From the IMG/VR virus record IMGVR_UViG_3300025949_000001, positions 51,996-115,995 of that record: DNA of 64,000 nucleotides. One strand, written 5' to 3'. The notes under the pieces were generated by a model. It had not been told where the DNA came from. It saw only the letters and a program-made list of their open reading frames with translations, and searched no databases. This DNA is from a virus. Position numbers and translations under genes: made by a program. Below are positions 1-8,925 of this stretch, one piece after another. Positions within the stretch are counted from its first letter, which is position 1; each line of letters starts with the position of its first letter.

Positions 1-190
1 GCTGCCCGTCGCAGGCGTCGACGGCCCGCGGCAGCCGCCAGCGGGTGACGCCCCAGGGCGGCCAGTACTGCCAGCGGCGGGCGTACACGCGCCCCCAACC
101 GGCCCAGGAGTACGGGGCGCGGGTGTCGTCGAGGTTCTGGTTCGGGCGGCGCCACACGACCATGCGCGACGGAGGCTCGGGTCCGGTCAT
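1..190 (-). CDS. hypothetical protein, truncated by window edge
   Basis: ATG at 190 overlaps the upstream stop (ATGA); open frame MTGPEPPSRMVVWRR... runs off the window. Confidence 0.5.
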   Translation of the reverse strand, partial: MTGPEPPSRMVVWRRPNQNLDDTRAPYSWAGWGRVYARRWQYWPPWGVTRWRLPRAVDACDGQ

Positions 191-669
191 GGCCGCACCG
201 CCGCGGTACCCGCGCCCTCGACCCAGCCGGGCACGACCGTGACCGGGATTCCCTCGGACCGCCACAGCTCGACGATCGCCGGGTTGTCGTCGTACGCGTG
301 CACCGGCCGGTACTGCTGCCGGATCTTCGCCAGGATCTCGCGCTTGACCACATGGTCGGGCCGGTAGTCTCCGTTCGCCCGCATCCACATCGCATCCGAG
401 GGCACGCCGTGCAGGGCGAGCCAGAACGCAGTGGAGTTGCGGAGCCGCGCCTCGCGCGCGGTCACGACCAGCACGGCGCGGGCCGCTGCGTGTTCGGCGC
501 GGGCGGCGTCCACGACCCAGGCGTTCGGGGGGCAGTTGACGGCGTCGCGGTGGAACGCGTCGAAGTTCTTGCGGTAGCCGTTGGCGGGGCCGCCGAGTAC
601 GTGGTGCCGGATGGCGCGCACGTCGCACAGGGTGCCGTCCATGTCGAACAGGACCGCCTCGGGCAGCAT
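187..669 (-). CDS. HAD-family phosphatase, polynucleotide kinase/3'-phosphatase (PseT C-terminal)-like
   Basis: FDMDGTL motif I, VVTAR, MRANGDYRPD..K, AYDDNP; matches the T4 PNK phosphatase domain pattern. Confidence 0.85.
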   Translation of the reverse strand: MLPEAVLFDMDGTLCDVRAIRHHVLGGPANGYRKNFDAFHRDAVNCPPNAWVVDAARAEHAAARAVLVVTAREARLRNSTAFWLALHGVPSDAMWMRANGDYRPDHVVKREILAKIRQQYRPVHAYDDNPAIVELWRSEGIPVTVVPGWVEGAGTAAVRP

Positions 670-1589
670 CAGGGCGCCGCCTTCGCGACGGTGTAGTGCT
701 CGGCGCGCACGCGGTAGACGCCTCGGGCGACTCGGACCACGAACCCATCGTTGGCGGCGTCACTGAGGAGCTGGTACGCGGCGCCGAGCGTCTTTCCGGT
801 TCGTTCGGCTAGCGACGGGGCCGTGATTGGGCCGATCCACCCGGCGAGCAACGCCCGATACTGCTTCGGCTGCGGCGTCCTGGCGCGTCGTGGCTGGCGC
901 GGTTTCAGCGCCCTTCGCTTTCGCGACGTCTCACGTGCGCAGGCGCGGCAATAGCGTTGGCCGTCGTACCATCGCGTGTTTTCCTCGGTCCACTCATGGC
1001 CGCTGCCGCACGCTGTTGCCCGAGTCAGTGACTTCGTGGCCGCGACGGAAGCCGTGCGCTTCGCTATCCACTCGGGCGACTGCTTCCTGCCGCATAGGGA
1101 GTCGCTCCGCTTTCGCAGCGTCTTCGCGCTGGGTTTCTTTCCCATGTTCGCGGCGGACAACTTCGCGCGCGTCTCGGGCGACCTGGGTTTGCCAATCTTG
1201 GCTTGAGCACTCTTACGTACAGACTCGGATGCCATTCGCCATGTGCCCCCTGAGACGCCGCCCGTGGACAAGTTGAGCAACGGCGCACCCGCGAGTCGCA
1301 GGCGTTCGATGTGCCGCCTTTCGGCGGCGTCTAGGCCGGTAGCGGGTATTGGCCCCTCGATGAGGAGGATTCCCGGCACCGCGCCGGCCTCGGCGAGCTC
1401 GGCAATCCAGCGGCATACGGGCCGGCTCGGCGAGCGGCGGTCCGCCAAATGCCCTTTCAGCCTGCGCTTCAGTGCTTGACGCGTCTGGCCGACGTACCGG
1501 ATGGTCCCATCGATGTCGCGAAGCCCGTAAATGACGCCCATGCCAGGCGTCGGCTTCGCCCGTTCCGCGTCGCAGGAATCAGCTTGCAT
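669..1589 (-). CDS. GIY-YIG homing endonuclease with NUMOD3-like repeats
   Basis: GVIYGL..RYVGQT..R motif; KPRSPETRAKLS/KKPSAKTLRKRS repeats; CGSGH..CRAC; GATAAT 6 nt before ATG 1589 (leaderless-type). Confidence 0.85.
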   Translation of the reverse strand: MQADSCDAERAKPTPGMGVIYGLRDIDGTIRYVGQTRQALKRRLKGHLADRRSPSRPVCRWIAELAEAGAVPGILLIEGPIPATGLDAAERRHIERLRLAGAPLLNLSTGGVSGGTWRMASESVRKSAQAKIGKPRSPETRAKLSAANMGKKPSAKTLRKRSDSLCGRKQSPEWIAKRTASVAATKSLTRATACGSGHEWTEENTRWYDGQRYCRACARETSRKRRALKPRQPRRARTPQPKQYRALLAGWIGPITAPSLAERTGKTLGAAYQLLSDAANDGFVVRVARGVYRVRAEHYTVAKAAP

Positions 1590-1627
1590 ACATCTATTAT
1601 CGCAGGTAGCGCCGACATTCCGAAGGT

Positions 1628-2338
1628 TCATGCGGCAGCTCGCGGAGCGATATAGTGCTGCGCCCGGACCCTCTTCAACCACCCCTCAACGACACCGTAA
1701 CTCGGCTCATCGGGCAGCGCCGTCCTGGCTGCGTCGAAGGCTGCGACCGTCTCGGCAATCAGCTTCTCTGCGGCGGTCGGGTCCTTCGCGACCTGCTCGC
1801 CGAAGTCGAGGTACTGCTGCGGGTCCTCTAGGGCCACCGTCAACCTCCCCGAGGTGTAAAGCTCAAGACCTTGGCGGCTCAGGCGCAGTAGGTGGCGCGC
1901 ATGTTTGGCCGTGCGCTTGCGAGTGTCCGCGCTGAAAGACCCGTCGCCCCGGTTGAGCAGTTTCCGGCACTGGGCGACCGCGTATCCGCAGTAGGCGTCC
2001 CTCACCAGGCGGGCGCTCGGGAAGGCGCTGCGAATGCCGACCAGTTCATCGCCAAGCGCCGTCTTGATCTCGTAACTCTCAAGGAAGAGCAGTTCAAGGA
2101 CGGTCGGGTTGGACTTGAGCATCAGCCTCGCAGCTTTGGCCGCCTCGTGATACGTCACGTCGGGTTTGGTGGTGACGATGGAGTCGTTGGGCGCGGTCAG
2201 GCCCATGAACCGGGTGGTGGGCCAGGTGAACACGCCGAGCCGGTCGATGTCGGAGTCGGGTCCGGCCAGGCCGTACGCGGTGGAGCCGACGACGCCGGCC
2301 AGCAGAACGCGCATGTCGGACTCCTCGGCGGCCGTCAC
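1628..2338 (-). CDS. Pol-beta superfamily nucleotidyltransferase (phage Nuc-transf type)
   Basis: GSTAYGL..DSDID motif, KSNPTVLELL, KHARHLLRL; GTG overlaps upstream TGA. Confidence 0.85.
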   Translation of the reverse strand: MTAAEESDMRVLLAGVVGSTAYGLAGPDSDIDRLGVFTWPTTRFMGLTAPNDSIVTTKPDVTYHEAAKAARLMLKSNPTVLELLFLESYEIKTALGDELVGIRSAFPSARLVRDAYCGYAVAQCRKLLNRGDGSFSADTRKRTAKHARHLLRLSRQGLELYTSGRLTVALEDPQQYLDFGEQVAKDPTAAEKLIAETVAAFDAARTALPDEPSYGVVEGWLKRVRAQHYIAPRAAA

Positions 2339-2880
2339 AGTGTGGTCTCCAGTTCGCGGATGTTGGCCGCCCACCCGGCGACCCGGTCCACGTCCTGCTG
2401 CCGGATGCCGAGGCTGATGTGCAGCAGCAGCGTCGGGATGCCGTCCTCGGTGCGCGTTTTCGCCCACTCGAAGTCGCCGGGCTCGAAGTCGTCGTCCAGC
2501 CATGCGAACGCCCGCTCGCCGACGTACGCCTCGACGGCGTCGCGCTTCCAGATTTGGCCGAACGGGAACGGTCCACGCGAGGGGAACTCGATCACCGGCA
2601 GTTGCGGCAGGCCGACCACGGGCGCCACGAGCCGGTTCGCCGAGTGCTCCCAGGTGGTGGCCCAGGCCAGGTCTACCAGGTGGGTCAGGGCGAGCAGCAT
2701 GGGTCCGTGCGCAGGGTTGAGCCAGACACGGATGGAGCGTTTGCCGCTCTGTGCCCAATGCCAGCCGTCCGCGCCGGTGCGGACATGCCGGGTGGTGTAT
2801 CCGTCGGGCCGCTGGGTGGGTTTCGCGCCGTAGGGGTTAAGCGGTCCGTCTACGTCGAGCAGGAGCAGGGGTTTGGTCAC
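2335..2880 (-). CDS. HAD domain protein (HAD_SAK_2-like)
   Basis: LLDVDGPLN, WATTW, FAWLDD motifs; AGGAGG RBS. Confidence 0.8.
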   Translation of the reverse strand: MTKPLLLLDVDGPLNPYGAKPTQRPDGYTTRHVRTGADGWHWAQSGKRSIRVWLNPAHGPMLLALTHLVDLAWATTWEHSANRLVAPVVGLPQLPVIEFPSRGPFPFGQIWKRDAVEAYVGERAFAWLDDDFEPGDFEWAKTRTEDGIPTLLLHISLGIRQQDVDRVAGWAANIRELETTL

Positions 2881-3052
2881 GTGTCCTCCTGGGTTCGGTT
2901 GATGGTTGCGTGTTCGCGGGTGTCGCGCGATGTGTTTCGGGCCGGCCGCGTCGGCTGCGTCTCGATCCGGTCGCGGTCCGGTCGCGCCGGCCCGTGCCGT
3001 ACGCGCCGGGCGTAGCGTGGTGGCCTGTCAGGATTCGAACAGTGGGGGGATC

Positions 3053-3511
3053 ATGCGCCGTCGTTCCGGCACGTCCGTTGTGGGTCTGCTTGTGGGTCTG
3101 GCCGTAGGTGTGGCCGGCTGCTCATCCAGCGCCCCGGCCACGCCCGCTCAGGTGCACCTGAAGGGCACACTCACCCTGTCCAGCGGCTACCTGGACAACT
3201 CGACCACGAGTTACGTGCAGACCGACGGCGACCCTTGCGCCGGGGGCGAGGGTTACAGCGACATCAGTCAGGGCGTTGCCGTGACGGTCGGCAACCAGAC
3301 GGGCGCCACCATCGGTGTGGGCGCGTTGAGCGGCGGGGTGGTGCAGGGTGCGCGGACTACCGGCACGGTGACGACGGGTACATGCGTGTTCTCGTTCGAT
3401 GTGCCGGTGCCGGGCGGGCAGTCCGAGTACACGGTGACGATCTCGCATCGGGGGACGCAGACGTACACCCTGGACCAGGTTGCGGCGGGTATCGCGCTCA
3501 CGCTCGGCTGA
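3053..3511 (+). CDS. lipoprotein
   Basis: Basic N-terminus, hydrophobic stretch, VAGC lipobox; opposite orientation to neighbours. Confidence 0.75.
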   Translation: MRRRSGTSVVGLLVGLAVGVAGCSSSAPATPAQVHLKGTLTLSSGYLDNSTTSYVQTDGDPCAGGEGYSDISQGVAVTVGNQTGATIGVGALSGGVVQGARTTGTVTTGTCVFSFDVPVPGGQSEYTVTISHRGTQTYTLDQVAAGIALTLG

Positions 3512-3609
3512 TCGGGCGGCGGCGCCGGACATGCGCCCGCGCTGTTCCTGCCGGGCGACCCGTCGCAGTCCTGCACGATCAGCGCGGGGTCGGACGCTCC
3601 GTAGCCGGG

Positions 3610-4770
3610 TCACGAGATGCCTTCCAGGTAGACGGACTGGTCCACGGGGTTGCGGTAGGGCTGGTATCCACCGGCGGCAAGGATGCGCTTAGCTTCCTCA
3701 CCCGCGCGGTCCGCCTCGGCGAGCGCGCGGCCGGTGGCGGTGGGGCGGGATTCTCCTACTGCGCGGGGGTGACAGTTAGGGCAGCGCCCGGGATGACTGG
3801 AGTCCCAGTCGATCATTCGGGTGGACTGCTCACACTCACCGCACCATGGCGGCCGACTACTACCAGCGCCTTCGTCTCTGCGGCGCGGTGCACCGAGGTC
3901 CTTGGCGCGGTAGATGGCGGTTCGTACGCGGTCGTTGGCGCCGGTCCAGTCGCGGTCGAGGGTGGCGATCAGGTCGGGCACCGTCCATCCGGCCGCGAGG
4001 GCCGCGGTGATGGGGGCGAGGAGTTGGGCTCGTTCGCTGCGGCCTGGTTGGCGTTGCAGGTCGAGTTTGTCGATGACGGTGTCCGCGTCGGGGTTGGGTT
4101 CTTGTTCGGCGTAGCCATCCCCCGCCGCCGCCCTAGGGCTTGCGTGGATCGCGACCGCTGGTCCGCTGGAGGTAGGAGGAGGTCTGTCTGTCTGAAAAAC
4201 GTCTGTATAAGGAAGGGGAACGGCTGAGCCGTTTTCGGTGCGACCTGCGGAAACGGTCGTTTGTGCAGGTGGGACCGGGACCGCCTGGGCCGTTTCCGGT
4301 CCCACCTGCGCGTTCGCATCATCCTGCCTGCTCGCGCCGACACCGGCTGAGCCGTTATCGGTCTGACCTGGCGTAATGAGGGTTTCCGCAGGTGGTACCG
4401 GCGACGGCTGAGCCGGTGTCGGCCCCGCCTGGGCGTTTACCGATTCAGCGTAGATTGCGATGATTGTCGTCATCCGGCCGTCGGCCGACCTGACCTGAGT
4501 GCGCACCAGGTGTCCGGCTGCGGCGAGTTCCTTGGCCGCCTCGAGGTAGGCGTCTCGGCCGCCGCCGCGCTTTCCGCTGCCGTAGTACTCAGCCACACCT
4601 GCGATGGAACTGAACTTGTTCCCGTCGATGAGCAGACGTGCGAGTAGGCCAAGTGCGGCGAGGGACAAGTCCAGGTTGCGTGCGGCCTCGTTGGGGAAGC
4701 GCTCGAAGCCGCCGCGGTTCTTCGACAGGCGGGTCACCTCGATCACGCGGCGCACCCTGCTAGAGCCCAA
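3610..4770 (-). CDS. phage replication initiator / replisome organiser (HTH)
   Basis: NEAARNLDLSLAALGLL..ELAAAGHL N-terminal HTH; repeat-rich linker; C-terminal PPWCGEC..RCPNCHP; start may be GTG 4746. Confidence 0.7.
   Translation of the reverse strand: MGSSRVRRVIEVTRLSKNRGGFERFPNEAARNLDLSLAALGLLARLLIDGNKFSSIAGVAEYYGSGKRGGGRDAYLEAAKELAAAGHLVRTQVRSADGRMTTIIAIYAESVNAQAGPTPAQPSPVPPAETLITPGQTDNGSAGVGASRQDDANAQVGPETAQAVPVPPAQTTVSAGRTENGSAVPLPYTDVFQTDRPPPTSSGPAVAIHASPRAAAGDGYAEQEPNPDADTVIDKLDLQRQPGRSERAQLLAPITAALAAGWTVPDLIATLDRDWTGANDRVRTAIYRAKDLGAPRRRDEGAGSSRPPWCGECEQSTRMIDWDSSHPGRCPNCHPRAVGESRPTATGRALAEADRAGEEAKRILAAGGYQPYRNPVDQSVYLEGIS
4221..4431. repeat. four ~27-bp iteron-like direct repeats inside rep gene (putative origin)
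   Basis: CGGCTGAGCCGTTTTCGG..ACCTG-like units start at 4221, 4282, 4344, 4405 (61-62 bp period). Confidence 0.65.
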
Positions 4771-4856
4771 TGCTGCAGATGTAGTAGGGCAAGCACTACG
4801 GTGACATCTTTGAAGAGGTGGTCAACTTCTTGTGAGAAGTTCCCGAGGGGAGACGC

Positions 4857-5600
4857 ATGTCCGATGGATCGAAGCCGACCCGGCGAGAGAAGATCGCCAA
4901 CGACCTGAGGAGTCAGATCAGGGAAGGCAAACTGCCGCCTGGGGCCGCCGTTCCGGGCGAGAACGCCATCGCGAAGGAGTACGGCGTTTCGCAGCCAACC
5001 GCGCGGGCCGCGTTGGCGATCCTCCGAGGTGAGGGGCTGATTCGCGTCGAGCGCGGCAAGGGCGCGTACGTGCGCGACTTCAAGCCGATCCTGCGTGACG
5101 CGACGACGCGCCTGTCTGTCGAGCAGTGGGGGTCTGGGCATGCCATTTGGAGTGCGGACCTCCAGTTGCGCCCGCTGTCCATCGTTTCGGTGGATGTGAC
5201 CGCGGGTGCTGCATCGCCTGACGTGGCCGCGCTGCTGGGTACAGCGCGGGTCGTCGTGCGTGACCGCGTGTATGCGGTTGACGGTCGGATCGTTCAGGCG
5301 GCGGTGTCCTATCTGCCGGCCGACCTCGTGAAGGGTTCGCCGATCGAGAGGCCCGACACTGGTCCAGGAGGTACATACGCCCGCCTGCGCGAGTTGGGGT
5401 TCGAGCCTGCGAAGTTCGTCGAGCAGGTCAGGATTCGCATGCCGCAGCCGGAGGAGCGCAAGCGACTGAAGCTGGATGTCGGCCAGCCGATCGCTGCAAT
5501 CCGCCGCACGGCGGCGACTGAGACGGGGCGCGTTGTGGAGGTCAACGACATGGTCCTGGTGGGGGAGGCATACGTGCTGCAATGGTCATTCACCTCCTGA
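4857..5600 (+). CDS. GntR (HutC/KorSA-like) regulator with UTRA domain
   Basis: KIANDLRSQI..LPPG..VPGE..YGVSQPTARAAL..GKGAYV wHTH plus UTRA. Confidence 0.9.
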   Translation: MSDGSKPTRREKIANDLRSQIREGKLPPGAAVPGENAIAKEYGVSQPTARAALAILRGEGLIRVERGKGAYVRDFKPILRDATTRLSVEQWGSGHAIWSADLQLRPLSIVSVDVTAGAASPDVAALLGTARVVVRDRVYAVDGRIVQAAVSYLPADLVKGSPIERPDTGPGGTYARLRELGFEPAKFVEQVRIRMPQPEERKRLKLDVGQPIAAIRRTAATETGRVVEVNDMVLVGEAYVLQWSFTS

Positions 5601-5614
5601 TTCCCGAGTGATCG

Positions 5615-5648
5615 AGAGCCCCGGTGCCCGCCGGGGCTCTTTTGTTTT
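5615..5648 (+). terminator. intrinsic terminator
   Basis: AGAGCCCCGG-6 nt-CCGGGGCTCT followed by a T-rich tract. Confidence 0.85.
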
Positions 5649-5679
5649 CTATGTACTCCATGAACTAACTAGATCCTAC

Positions 5680-5708
5680 TTGACTTCTTAACAGATGTCA
5701 CCCATGCT
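5680..5708 (+). promoter_or_regulatory. sigma70/HrdB-type promoter for a leaderless transcript
   Basis: TTGACT-17 bp-CATGCT, with ATG 6 nt downstream. Confidence 0.7.
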
Positions 5709-5714
5709 GGGGTT

Positions 5715-5942
5715 ATGAAGCTCACTGAGAACACGGCAACTGGAGTAGCCGCTGAGGGCGACTGGCTCACCGTCGCCGAGTTCGCGGCGATCTTCCGCAT
5801 TTCAGACGGAGAGGCCTACGCGGCGATCCACCGCGGCGAGATCCCGGGCGTGATCCGGATCGGAACCCGGCGCGGCTACCGCATCCCCCGCGCCTCGGTC
5901 GCCCCGTACGCCGAAGCCCAGCGCGTCAACGCCGCCGTTTAG
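5715..5942 (+). CDS. excisionase-like HTH (HTH_17) protein
   Basis: WLTVAEFAAIFRIS..Y..IHRGEIPG.IRIG..YRIP. Confidence 0.85.
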   Translation: MKLTENTATGVAAEGDWLTVAEFAAIFRISDGEAYAAIHRGEIPGVIRIGTRRGYRIPRASVAPYAEAQRVNAAV

Positions 5943-6039
5943 CGACCCCCGATCGCCGCCCGTGCGCCGCGCCGACCCCCCGGCGCGCGTGCGACACACC
6001 ACCGAACCGACCGGAACCGCCCGAGGAGAGAAGGCACCG

Positions 6040-6303
6040 ATGCAGATCTGGATCCTCACCAAGACCACCGACATCGACCCGACCCAGATCCTCGGCGCCT
6101 ACGACCAGCAACCCGGCACCCGCCGCTTCGCCGAGGAGGCGACCCGCATGCTCGAAGCCGCCGCACGCTCCCTGTACGGCGAGGGCGGCGAGCCGATCCC
6201 GGATCCGCTAGCCGTCTGCGGCCGGGGCGAGGACGGGTCGCTGAACCTGACCGTGCGCGACGACCTGCTCGCGCTCGAACCTATCGAGTACGTCACGGCC
6301 TGA
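6040..6303 (+). CDS. hypothetical protein
   Basis: GAGGAG RBS, high GC3 codons. Confidence 0.6.
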   Translation: MQIWILTKTTDIDPTQILGAYDQQPGTRRFAEEATRMLEAAARSLYGEGGEPIPDPLAVCGRGEDGSLNLTVRDDLLALEPIEYVTA

Positions 6304-6361
6304 CCGGCCCCCGCGCGCCGCCCGCGCCGGAAACCCGAACCCGAATCGAAGGAGCATCCCC

Positions 6362-6544
6362 GTGTCCTGCACCGCGAGCAAGTTCGACCGCGACTGCGGC
6401 GGCTGCCGCCATTGCGCCGACTGCCCTCCCACCCCCGGCGAGCCCGGAATCCTGCACCTCGACCCGCAGGCAGTCGCCGACGCCAGGGTCTGGCGGCGCC
6501 ACCGGCTGCGCGAGCGGCTGATCGGCGACCGCGCCAACAACTGA
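6362..6544 (+). CDS. small Cys-rich hypothetical protein
   Basis: AAGGAG RBS; CGGCRHCADC. Confidence 0.55.
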   Translation: MSCTASKFDRDCGGCRHCADCPPTPGEPGILHLDPQAVADARVWRRHRLRERLIGDRANN

Positions 6545-6682
6545 CCGGCCAGGCCGAGCGGCACGCTCCACGGTTCGAGCCCGTGGCGGCCACGCAGCAC
6601 AGCACGACCGCCGAACAGCAAGCGGCCCGACCGCGTCGCAGGCAGCCGGGCCACACGATCCAAGCCTGGAGGGGCAAGAACC

Positions 6683-6889
6683 GTGGACACCACCGTAGCA
6701 AGCGGCACCGACAGGGCCACTGGCCGCGCCGCCAAGCGCGTGAGTCGCGCCCTGGTCGCCGTGCGCACCAGCGGTCGCAGCGAGGCTGACATCGCCGCCC
6801 TGCGCCAGGCCCTGCGCCGCAGCGGCCAGCGCGTCACCCGCCGCCAGCTCACCCACCTGCTCGACCTCGCCGCCGGGAGCGCCGCCTGA
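6683..6889 (+). CDS. small hypothetical protein
   Basis: GGAGG RBS, high GC3. Confidence 0.5.
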   Translation: MDTTVASGTDRATGRAAKRVSRALVAVRTSGRSEADIAALRQALRRSGQRVTRRQLTHLLDLAAGSAA

Positions 6890-6968
6890 TGACCGCCGCC
6901 GCGAGCGTCTTGGCCCCGAGTCCGCACCTCGGGCCGGACGCTCGCGGCGGTGTGCTTTGCGCGCGGGC

Positions 6969-7406
6969 TCAGTCGCCCAGCGCGTCGTCGAGGAACTGTT
7001 GGACGGGCCCGAAGAACCCGTGCGGCACCAGCTCGGCGAGTTGGTCGCGCGGTGCCCAGGTGACCGCGTCGATCTCCTCCGGGTCGCCTACCTTGACCTG
7101 TCCGCCGACGACCTCGCACGCGACGTACGACATCTGCCGCCCGGTCGCGGGGTGCACGCGCTCCCCCAGCAGCGCCTCGGCCTTGACGTCCAGGCCGGTT
7201 TCCTCGCGTGCCTCGCGCACCGCCGCCTCCTGCGCGCTCTCCCCGTCCTCGATCGCGCCGGCCGGGAACTGCCACGACAGGCTTCCTTCAGTGACCCTGC
7301 GGCGCACCATCAGCACGCGCCCGTCTTTGACGATCACGGCGGCGGCGATCGGCGGCCTCGGGTCGCTCGCGGGCGCGGTCGTCGGCTCAGTCTGCGGCTG
7401 GGTCAC
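6969..7406 (-). CDS. NUDIX hydrolase (MutT/Pif-like)
   Basis: Complete Nudix box GAIEDGESAQEAAVREAREETGL. Confidence 0.9.
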   Translation of the reverse strand: MTQPQTEPTTAPASDPRPPIAAAVIVKDGRVLMVRRRVTEGSLSWQFPAGAIEDGESAQEAAVREAREETGLDVKAEALLGERVHPATGRQMSYVACEVVGGQVKVGDPEEIDAVTWAPRDQLAELVPHGFFGPVQQFLDDALGD

Positions 7407-8082
7407 GCTCGGCCTCCAGTGCGTCGAGGATCGGCGGGTACACGGTATCGGGCGGTATGAACCGGCCCAGGCTGTCGATCGGCGCCCACGCGACATCCAG
7501 ATTCTCGAGGGTGTCGGCATTGCGGGCCTGGCCGGTCAGGTAGTCGCACAGCAGGTACTCGCACACCACGCCCGTGAGCGGGTGCACGCGGCGGCCCAGA
7601 TGCTCGCGGACGGCGGCGTGCACGCCGGTCTCGGCGAGGGTTTCGCTCACCGCGACCGCAGCCGGGTCGGCGCCGGGTTTGACCACGCCGGCCGGGAACT
7701 GCCAGCGCAGCGCGGCATTCTGCCCGGCGCGCCGGCACACCAGCAGCACGCTGCCTTCGCGGCGCACGACCGCGATGGCGACCGTGAGTGCCTGCGGGCC
7801 GGCGACGGCGTCGCCTTCGCGGGCTTCCAGCAGGTGGGTGAAGCGTTGCGTCGCGGCGGCCGGGGCTTGCTCCAGGGCGGTGTCCAGGATCTGCTGCACC
7901 TCGGCGCGCGGCACCAATGCGGGCTCGGCGTGCCAGGCGGCCACGGTGCGCACCGCGACCCCGAGGCTGTGCGCGAAGGACTCGTTGGTGTGGCGCAGTG
8001 CGGCTTGCAGCAGGCAGGCGCGTTCGCCGGTCCAGCGTTCGACCACGACCGCCACGGAACTCGCCCCTCGTCGGGACTGCAC
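7387..8082 (-). CDS. XRE-like HTH fused to NUDIX domain
   Basis: RHTNESFAHSLGVAVRTVAAW HTH; GVVKPGADPAAVAVSETLAETGV degenerate Nudix box. Confidence 0.8.
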   Translation of the reverse strand: MQSRRGASSVAVVVERWTGERACLLQAALRHTNESFAHSLGVAVRTVAAWHAEPALVPRAEVQQILDTALEQAPAAATQRFTHLLEAREGDAVAGPQALTVAIAVVRREGSVLLVCRRAGQNAALRWQFPAGVVKPGADPAAVAVSETLAETGVHAAVREHLGRRVHPLTGVVCEYLLCDYLTGQARNADTLENLDVAWAPIDSLGRFIPPDTVYPPILDALEAERDPAAD

Positions 8083-8193
8083 TGCCGCTGCACCGCCGCA
8101 TCCTCGATTGCGCGGCCCGCAACCAATGTACTCATTCGCGTGGAACGCAAGAATGGCCTGGGCGCGGCTGGCGATAACCTCCGAGACTCCCGG

Positions 8194-8685
8194 TCAGCTC
8201 GGCACGATCTGCGGAATGCCGCACGCCGCGTCGAACGGCCCCTGGTCCGCCACCATCCTGTCCAGGTCGCTCGTCAGCGCCGTCAGCGCCGCGTTCTGCT
8301 TATCGAGGTCGTGCGCCTGCTGGGCGCCCTGCAGCTGGATGTAGTCCGTCGAGAGGCGCTCCGCGTCCTGCGCGACGGCGACGCTGAGCGGGTCGGAGCC
8401 GCCGTTCTCGGAGAAGACCAGGGTCAGTTGCGTGTAGAACGCGCTGGCGTCCGCGGCCTGCTTGTCGTCGGGTCCGTTCGCGTCGGCGGCAAAGGTGGCC
8501 TGCATGCCGGCGACCAGTGTCCGTGCGGCGGCGCACAGGGCCGGGTTCGGGCCGGTTGGTGCGGCGGAACCGGGGGCCGGGCCGGTCGGGGAGCCGCCTG
8601 CGGATGGCCGGTTGACGCCGCTCGAGCAGCCCGCGAGCGCGATGAGCCCGGCCGTGATGGCTGCGGCTGCGGCGGTGTGGCGCAT
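8194..8685 (-). CDS. lipoprotein
   Basis: MRHTAAAAAITAGLIALAGC lipobox; GGAGAGG RBS. Confidence 0.75.
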   Translation of the reverse strand: MRHTAAAAAITAGLIALAGCSSGVNRPSAGGSPTGPAPGSAAPTGPNPALCAAARTLVAGMQATFAADANGPDDKQAADASAFYTQLTLVFSENGGSDPLSVAVAQDAERLSTDYIQLQGAQQAHDLDKQNAALTALTSDLDRMVADQGPFDAACGIPQIVPS

Positions 8686-8814
8686 GTCGGTGTCCTCTCC
8701 CCCGCGCGGCCTGGTGCCGCGCACGCGCGCAGACTACGAGGTCTGCGACGCCCGGCGCGGCGCGTTGGCCGGATCGTGACCATCGCCCCCCGGGGGCGGC
8801 GCGACCTCGGGCGA

Positions 8815-8924
8815 AAGAAGGCACGAAGTGTGGGGGGAACGCTCCTTTATGGCCAGCGTGACCCACGGGGGCAGTCCCATCTCTGGAGAGATGGATATAT
8901 AGACCCAACACTTCGTGCCTTCTT
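8815..8924. repeat. 17-bp perfect inverted repeat flanking an inner hairpin and short AT-rich core (ori-like)
   Basis: AAGAAGGCACGAAGTGT (8815-8831) / ACACTTCGTGCCTTCTT (8908-8924); inner CCATCTC-TGGA-GAGATGG. Confidence 0.7.
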
Positions 8925-8925
8925 C

